From positions 26,372-90,371 of the forward strand of contig JAWCKZ010000004.1 in the NCBI GenBank assembly GCA_038851325.1: a stretch of 64,000 nucleotides of DNA, read 5' to 3'. This document shows, one piece after another, positions 59,554 through 64,000 of this stretch. How positions within the stretch are numbered: the stretch's first letter is position 1; each line of letters opens with the position of its first letter. This DNA is from Candidatus Bilamarchaeaceae archaeon (lineage in GTDB: Archaea > Micrarchaeota > Micrarchaeia > Anstonellales > Bilamarchaeaceae). The position numbers and the translations under genes are program-made. Under the pieces are notes generated by a model that was given only the letters and a program-made list of their open reading frames with translations, was not told where the DNA came from and did no database searches.

Positions 59554-60030
59554 TCACCCCTTGAAGTTTATCAATTTAATCCCGAGCTGTGCCACAACGG
59601 ATGCTATCTCTGCTCTTTTTCGCTTGCTCAATGAAGAAGCGAAACGAACTGCTATGTGCGCACGCTCGTGCTCCGTCAACGCCTTTATCTTCTCGATGTC
59701 CGGCGTTCCTCTCACAAGAATTTCTCTTCGGCCATCTTCTCTCATTCCGCGAACCCCGATGGGATTCTTATAACCAATGCGCGGGGTTGCACCGGCCCAA
59801 GCAAATTTCAATCTCTGTTTGTTATGCGTTCCTCTCGGTCTTCTCCACCTATCCTTAACACGCGCTATGAAACCCAGGTTTAATACCCTGAAGGATGGTT
59901 TTGGCTTTTTCTTTGGTCTTTTTGGCTTTGGACCATTAAACGGCTTTCTTTTACTCTCCTTTATACCAAGCCGTCTCTCTTTTGTCTCAGAACTTGTTTT
60001 TTTACCTGTTTCCTTTTTAGTATCAGTCAT
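59554..60030 (-). CDS. rpl32e: Ribosomal protein L32e
   Basis: WRRPRGTHNKQR, IGYKNP; synteny. Confidence 0.9.
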   Translation of the reverse strand: MTDTKKETGKKTSSETKERRLGIKESKRKPFNGPKPKRPKKKPKPSFRVLNLGFIARVKDRWRRPRGTHNKQRLKFAWAGATPRIGYKNPIGVRGMREDGRREILVRGTPDIEKIKALTEHERAHIAVRFASSLSKRKRAEIASVVAQLGIKLINFKG

Positions 60031-60031
60031 T

Positions 60032-60535
60032 TTATCCCTCTATGATCTCATAAACACTGTCTTGAAAAACACGCGGGTCCTTGTCCTTTATTTTAAGTAC
60101 CGCCTTAAGATTCGCAACCGTCTGGCCGACTGCCTCTTTGTCTACGCCAGTAACGGTAAGCTGTTGTCCCTTCACCTCGACCTTTGTAGACCCGCCCATT
60201 ATCTTAGCTTTTCTTGGGTTTTTCTCTCCAAGAAAATTCTTTATCAATATGAGGTTCCCCTTAACCTCCATAGTAGCTGGAAAATGTGCGTAAAGTATCT
60301 TAAGCCTCTTTGAATAGCCCTCCGTTACCCCTTTTATCATATTTTTTATAAGAGCCTCGGTAGTATTCACAAGCGCTTTTTCTTTTTCTGCGCCCTTCAC
60401 CTCAAGAGTATTGCTACCGCTCTTTTCTATGACTACACGCGCTGAAAATTTCTTCGACACAGAACCTTTTGGACCACTTACCGTAACGACCGAGCCTGAG
60501 ACGTCCACGCCAACTCCATCTGGAATCTGAATCAT
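60032..60535 (-). CDS. rpl6: Ribosomal protein uL6
   Basis: YAHFP, NFLGEK, DPRVFQD. Confidence 0.94.
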   Translation of the reverse strand: MIQIPDGVGVDVSGSVVTVSGPKGSVSKKFSARVVIEKSGSNTLEVKGAEKEKALVNTTEALIKNMIKGVTEGYSKRLKILYAHFPATMEVKGNLILIKNFLGEKNPRKAKIMGGSTKVEVKGQQLTVTGVDKEAVGQTVANLKAVLKIKDKDPRVFQDSVYEIIEG

Positions 60536-60544
60536 ACAAAACAC

Positions 60545-60928
60545 CTAGTACACGTAGGCAAGAAGCCTGCCGCCTATTTTCTTGTTTTCAGCTTCGGTAT
60601 TGGTCATTATACCCTGCGAGGTAGATACTATGAGAAGACCTATGCCAATGCCAGGGATGTACTGTTCTTCTGTCTTTGTCCATTCGTTCCTTTTAACAGG
60701 AAATCTTGGTTTTATTACTCCGCAATCGTTTATCCTTCCACTCAACTCTACTTCAAAGTACCCCCCTCTACCATCATCAACCTTTTTAAAATCCTTGAGG
60801 TACTTATGCACTTTTAGGAGGTTTAAAACCTCTCCTATAAGTTTTGTTGCCTTCACAGTGCACCTTCTCTGTCCTACATACTCATGTGTTTTTATAGTGT
60901 TGAGCGCATCAGCGAGATGATCAACCAT
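60545..60928 (-). CDS. rps8: Ribosomal protein uS8
   Basis: DHLADAL, GRINDCGVIKPRF, STSQG, GGRLLAYVY. Confidence 0.95.
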   Translation of the reverse strand: MVDHLADALNTIKTHEYVGQRRCTVKATKLIGEVLNLLKVHKYLKDFKKVDDGRGGYFEVELSGRINDCGVIKPRFPVKRNEWTKTEEQYIPGIGIGLLIVSTSQGIMTNTEAENKKIGGRLLAYVY

Positions 60929-60929
60929 A

Positions 60930-61115
60930 TTAATCACCATATTTCTTAAATCCCAGTTTCTCCCCAATTTCCCTGAAACATCTTCTACAAACATAAAGAC
61001 CGTATTTCCTGATAAGGCCCCTAGCATTGCCACAGTTTCGGCATATCCGTCTTCCTTTTCCCTTGAAAACATCGACGTTCCCATACGCCCTTTTATCTTT
61101 TTTCTTTTCTGCCAT
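60930..61115 (-). CDS. rps14: Ribosomal protein uS14
   Basis: CRNCG...[15 protein letters not shown]. Confidence 0.95.
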   Translation of the reverse strand: MAEKKKDKRAYGNVDVFKGKGRRICRNCGNARGLIRKYGLYVCRRCFREIGEKLGFKKYGD

Positions 61116-61129
61116 ACAGCATCACTCCG

Positions 61130-61648
61130 TTACTCAATCTTCACACCAAACTTGGATGTCATAAATTCCATCGCCTCTTCCTTTGAAATTCTGTGCGAGC
61201 GCCCGATCTTTGATGTTTTCAGTTTTCTATGCGCAACCCTCCATCCCTTCCTTTTCAAAGTTATACAAATGTCAAATCCAAACATCCCAAGCGCAGGATC
61301 ATACTTGGCACCTGGAAAATCTATGTATTCTGCTATTCCAAACGAAAGATTGCCGGTTCTGTCGAAGCATTTTTTACTCAAGACTTTTTTCTTTGCTGCA
61401 AGTGCCTTCTCAACAAAATCGTACGCGTCCTTTCTCCGTAGCGTAACCTTTGCGCCTATCGGTAACCCTCGCCTTAATTTAAATGCAGGCTCTCTTCTCC
61501 TTGCCTTCGTCTCCACAGGCTCCCGTCCTCCTGTAAGCCGTCTCAAGAGTTGTTTTGCATTATCAAGAGCATCACCTGGAGAGCCAACGCCGATGTTTAC
61601 AGTAACCTTGTCTATCAAAATATCTCTCATAGAATTACTGTCAGCCAT
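61130..61648 (-). CDS. rpl5: Ribosomal protein uL5
   Basis: KVTVNIGVG, IGAKVTLR, FGIAEYID. Confidence 0.95.
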   Translation of the reverse strand: MADSNSMRDILIDKVTVNIGVGSPGDALDNAKQLLRRLTGGREPVETKARRREPAFKLRRGLPIGAKVTLRRKDAYDFVEKALAAKKKVLSKKCFDRTGNLSFGIAEYIDFPGAKYDPALGMFGFDICITLKRKGWRVAHRKLKTSKIGRSHRISKEEAMEFMTSKFGVKIE

Positions 61649-62387
61649 GCGCACCACCTTCGCTGCTTATTTTGAAGCTGTCATCCACGACTACAAGATA
61701 ATCGGAGACCGTTATGAACTCCTCTCCCTTCTCTGTCTCCACAACTGCTTCTGATTTTCTCCCGAGTCGTTTGATGACGTCCTTGAGACGAACAATTTTT
61801 CCTGCGTGCTTTCCTTTGCTTACGAAACATCTTGCACCCTTCTCAAGTTTCAGGTGAGCAAGTACTCTTATCTTCTCCTTTGCGCTCTTTGGAAGTTGGA
61901 TGACAACACTGTCCCCCACATGGATATGATTATCGCCAACTATGTTTCTTGAGTCGTGAAATGTCAAGTTTATTCTCCCGCCTTTAGTGATTATTTTTTT
62001 TATTACCTTAACTATCTTTTTACTCCCTTCCTCTGCTGTTATCTCAACAGGGCGTAGTCTTCCTTTCCAATCAACTACGATCCGATAATTTTTGTTTTCT
62101 GGAATAAGGCTCACCACGTCCATCAAACCTACTGCAAATTTCTCTGTTGTTCTTGGGATACCATCCACCAGAACGAATCGCTTTGAAAGGACTTTTCTTG
62201 CTTCCCTCAAGTCCTTAACAACATGCAATACATCCCGTAAAAGAACCCCAAGTGGAATACTTTCCAGTAGTGGGTGAGGACCAGGCGCGGATTTTATAAT
62301 CCACGTCCTTGCCTTCTTATCAGTTATCGGAATCGCTTTAGGAGCAAAGATTCTCTTCAGGTGAGTGCTACCTCCTCTTTTTCCCAT
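61641..62387 (-). CDS. rps4e: Ribosomal protein S4e
   Basis: HLKRIFAP, PGPH, GLMDV, GKHAG. Confidence 0.95.
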   Translation of the reverse strand: MGKRGGSTHLKRIFAPKAIPITDKKARTWIIKSAPGPHPLLESIPLGVLLRDVLHVVKDLREARKVLSKRFVLVDGIPRTTEKFAVGLMDVVSLIPENKNYRIVVDWKGRLRPVEITAEEGSKKIVKVIKKIITKGGRINLTFHDSRNIVGDNHIHVGDSVVIQLPKSAKEKIRVLAHLKLEKGARCFVSKGKHAGKIVRLKDVIKRLGRKSEAVVETEKGEEFITVSDYLVVVDDSFKISSEGGAHG

Positions 62388-62392
62388 TTAAA

Positions 62393-62878
62393 TTACCTCC
62401 TTTCACCTTCTGTTTTTTTGGCAGAATTGCTGCCTTCCACATTTCTCTTTTCTGATGCTGATGTTGTAATATCTTGTTTTTCTCTTTCTACTGTTTTAGG
62501 CTTTTCCACTGTTTTAGGCTTTGCTTGAAAAGCTTCTTCAGTAAGCAACTCCTTGCGTTCCTTCGTAGGCTCAAGAGCAACCAGCATTAGATTCGATGGC
62601 TGAAACGGAACCATAACTTCTTTTCCTCTTGCTGTTCGCTTAGTGAAACCCTCTAGATAAACCAATCTTCGCTTGACATTTACCTTTGTTACCTTTCCTT
62701 CTTTTTTTCTATGCTCTCCCCGCATTATCATTACTGTGTCTCCTTTTCTAAGCCCTATTGCTCTCTTGCTTCTTCGTAACTTTTTCCGGAGTTCTTTAGA
62801 GACGTGAACATGAAGTGCCCTCTTCTTTTGGTGAATCTGTGCTGTGTAATATTTTTTTCTTTCTGTGTCTGGTTTCAT
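62393..62878 (-). CDS. rpl24: Ribosomal protein uL24
   Basis: SKELRKK, RKGDTVMIMRG, PSNL; charged C-terminal extension. Confidence 0.92.
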   Translation of the reverse strand: MKPDTERKKYYTAQIHQKKRALHVHVSKELRKKLRRSKRAIGLRKGDTVMIMRGEHRKKEGKVTKVNVKRRLVYLEGFTKRTARGKEVMVPFQPSNLMLVALEPTKERKELLTEEAFQAKPKTVEKPKTVEREKQDITTSASEKRNVEGSNSAKKTEGERR

Positions 62879-62897
62879 TCGTAACACCTCATTTAAA

Positions 62898-63296
62898 CTA
62901 AACAATGCCAGCTGATATTGCAGCAACCTTTGGAAATCTCTCTGCTATCTCCTTCGCAACGACACCTTTGATTTCTGTTGCAACAGGCAGGAATGTATCT
63001 GTTATAAGGACCGCTGCATTATCCTCAAATGCTACTCTCATACCATTTGATCTTCTAAATTCCTTTTTCTGTCGTACAATAAGCGCGCGTACTACTTTTT
63101 TGACCATGTCTGGCTTTCCCTTTTTCACCGACGCAATTACGACGTCCCCTACCCCTGCCCTTGGATATCTTCCTCTCTTTCCTTTTATCCCAAGCGTGTT
63201 TATAATCGCTATCACCTTTGCGCCGCTATTATCAGCGCATGTGAGTTCGCTTCCCATTACAAGTGTTTTTGTTATGTGCGCACCAAGTCCTTTCAT
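62898..63296 (-). CDS. rpl14: Ribosomal protein uL14
   Basis: CADNSGAK, FEDNAAV. Confidence 0.95.
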   Translation of the reverse strand: MKGLGAHITKTLVMGSELTCADNSGAKVIAIINTLGIKGKRGRYPRAGVGDVVIASVKKGKPDMVKKVVRALIVRQKKEFRRSNGMRVAFEDNAAVLITDTFLPVATEIKGVVAKEIAERFPKVAAISAGIV

Positions 63297-63301
63297 TATC
63301 C

Positions 63302-63595
63302 TCACCTTTTTATTACTTCTATGATTGTCCACGCTTTAGTCCTGCTGAGCCTTCTGGTTTCCCCAATTCGTACAATATCACCAACCTTTGCATTTATGCA
63401 CGGTGGATTATGCGCTGGAATTCTCGATTTTTCCTTCGCCCATCTTTTATATTTTGTGAAGCACTTCGTCAGCGCCCGTTCCACAATCGCGGTTCGCTTC
63501 CCCTTTGTACTAACAACCACGCCTTTGGCTAGGCCTCCTCTAACCCGAACGTTGCCATGCTTGAAGCACTTCTTATCGTCGCATTCTTCTGCCAT
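63302..63595 (-). CDS. rps17: Ribosomal protein uS17
   Basis: CDDKKCFKHG..VRG, AHNPPC, ETRRLSRTK. Confidence 0.94.
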   Translation of the reverse strand: MAEECDDKKCFKHGNVRVRGGLAKGVVVSTKGKRTAIVERALTKCFTKYKRWAKEKSRIPAHNPPCINAKVGDIVRIGETRRLSRTKAWTIIEVIKR

Positions 63596-63599
63596 ATGA

Positions 63600-63795
63600 C
63601 TACCTCGCATGCTCATTAAGAGCCTTAGGAGCACTTACACGAGTGCTAAAGTGCATCCTCCGCTACTCTCACCGAATCCTGCTGCCTGCAACCAGTAGCA
63701 GGGTGTTCGGCAACGCGCCAGCGTACAAATATAACATGACTTGATGTACGCATGACCCTCAAATGAGGATAGATTTGGATGTAAAAGTTTAAAAA
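63600..63795 (-). promoter_or_regulatory. TATA box (63788-63795) and structured ~170-nt 5' leader of the S17-adk-serS operon
   Basis: TTTTTAAA followed by at least five hairpins before the S17 start. Confidence 0.5.
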
Positions 63796-63869
63796 TGCAA
63801 TCGAAACATGGTTTTGAAACCAACTATATTATTCAACTCCTTATAGAATGTAGAGGTTGCGCCATGGAA

Positions 63870-64000
63870 CTACGAGGCAAATCTTTCTGCAGTCGCAGCG
63901 CTTATACCAATGTTTCTGCCAATCCTCCTGATTGATAAAAGAGTAGAGGGATTTTCTGCCAGAATTCTGGCAAACATCTCAAGCTTTTGCCCTTCCCTAA
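63870..64000 (-). pseudogene. Partial ORF with HTH-like segment, possibly a truncated AAA+/DUF4143-type ATPase
   Basis: ...FARILAENPSTLLSIRRIGRNIGISAATAERFAS* ; stop falls right after the HTH-like helix; runs off the window edge. Confidence 0.35.

Noticed and set aside
60929..61084. N-terminal extension of S8 in the ORF track
   Set aside because: Overlaps S14; S8 homology starts at 60928
63984..63993. AGGGCAAAAG match to the intron module at the window end
   Set aside because: Sits within a reading frame (EGQK); the upstream arm would lie outside the window and the downstream CCCYGAG part is absent

Overview
Archaeal chromosomal segment, most consistent with a DPANN/Micrarchaeota-like genome (inferred from gene content and multi-intron tRNAs). 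It carries mostly housekeeping genes: gltX, tyrS, serS, the S17-to-secY-adk ribosomal block, GINS-L44e-S27e-aIF2alpha-Nop10-PAC2, DUF106-cmk-L14e-cbf5, ftsZ-secE-spt5, smc, pyrE/pyrF, a polyamine operon and a bacterial-type metK. The main signal is non-coding. Three tRNA genes are broken by eight bulge-helix-bulge (BHB) introns: tRNA-Arg(CCG) has 2, tRNA-Glu(CUC) has 3 and tRNA-Gly(CCC) has 3. The tRNA-Gly anticodon intron is 413 nt long and contains a 54-nt tandem repeat array. A homologous module (CUUUUG-N19-CAAAAG followed by CAAAA(G)CCCYGAG) recurs in introns of all three tRNAs, which suggests a small element that spreads and amplifies inside tRNA introns. There is also an unrecognised ~220-nt pseudoknotted RNA with its own TATA box (27272-27492, minus strand) and a structured leader upstream of S17. 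All calls come from motif recognition and manual base-pairing; no database searches were run.
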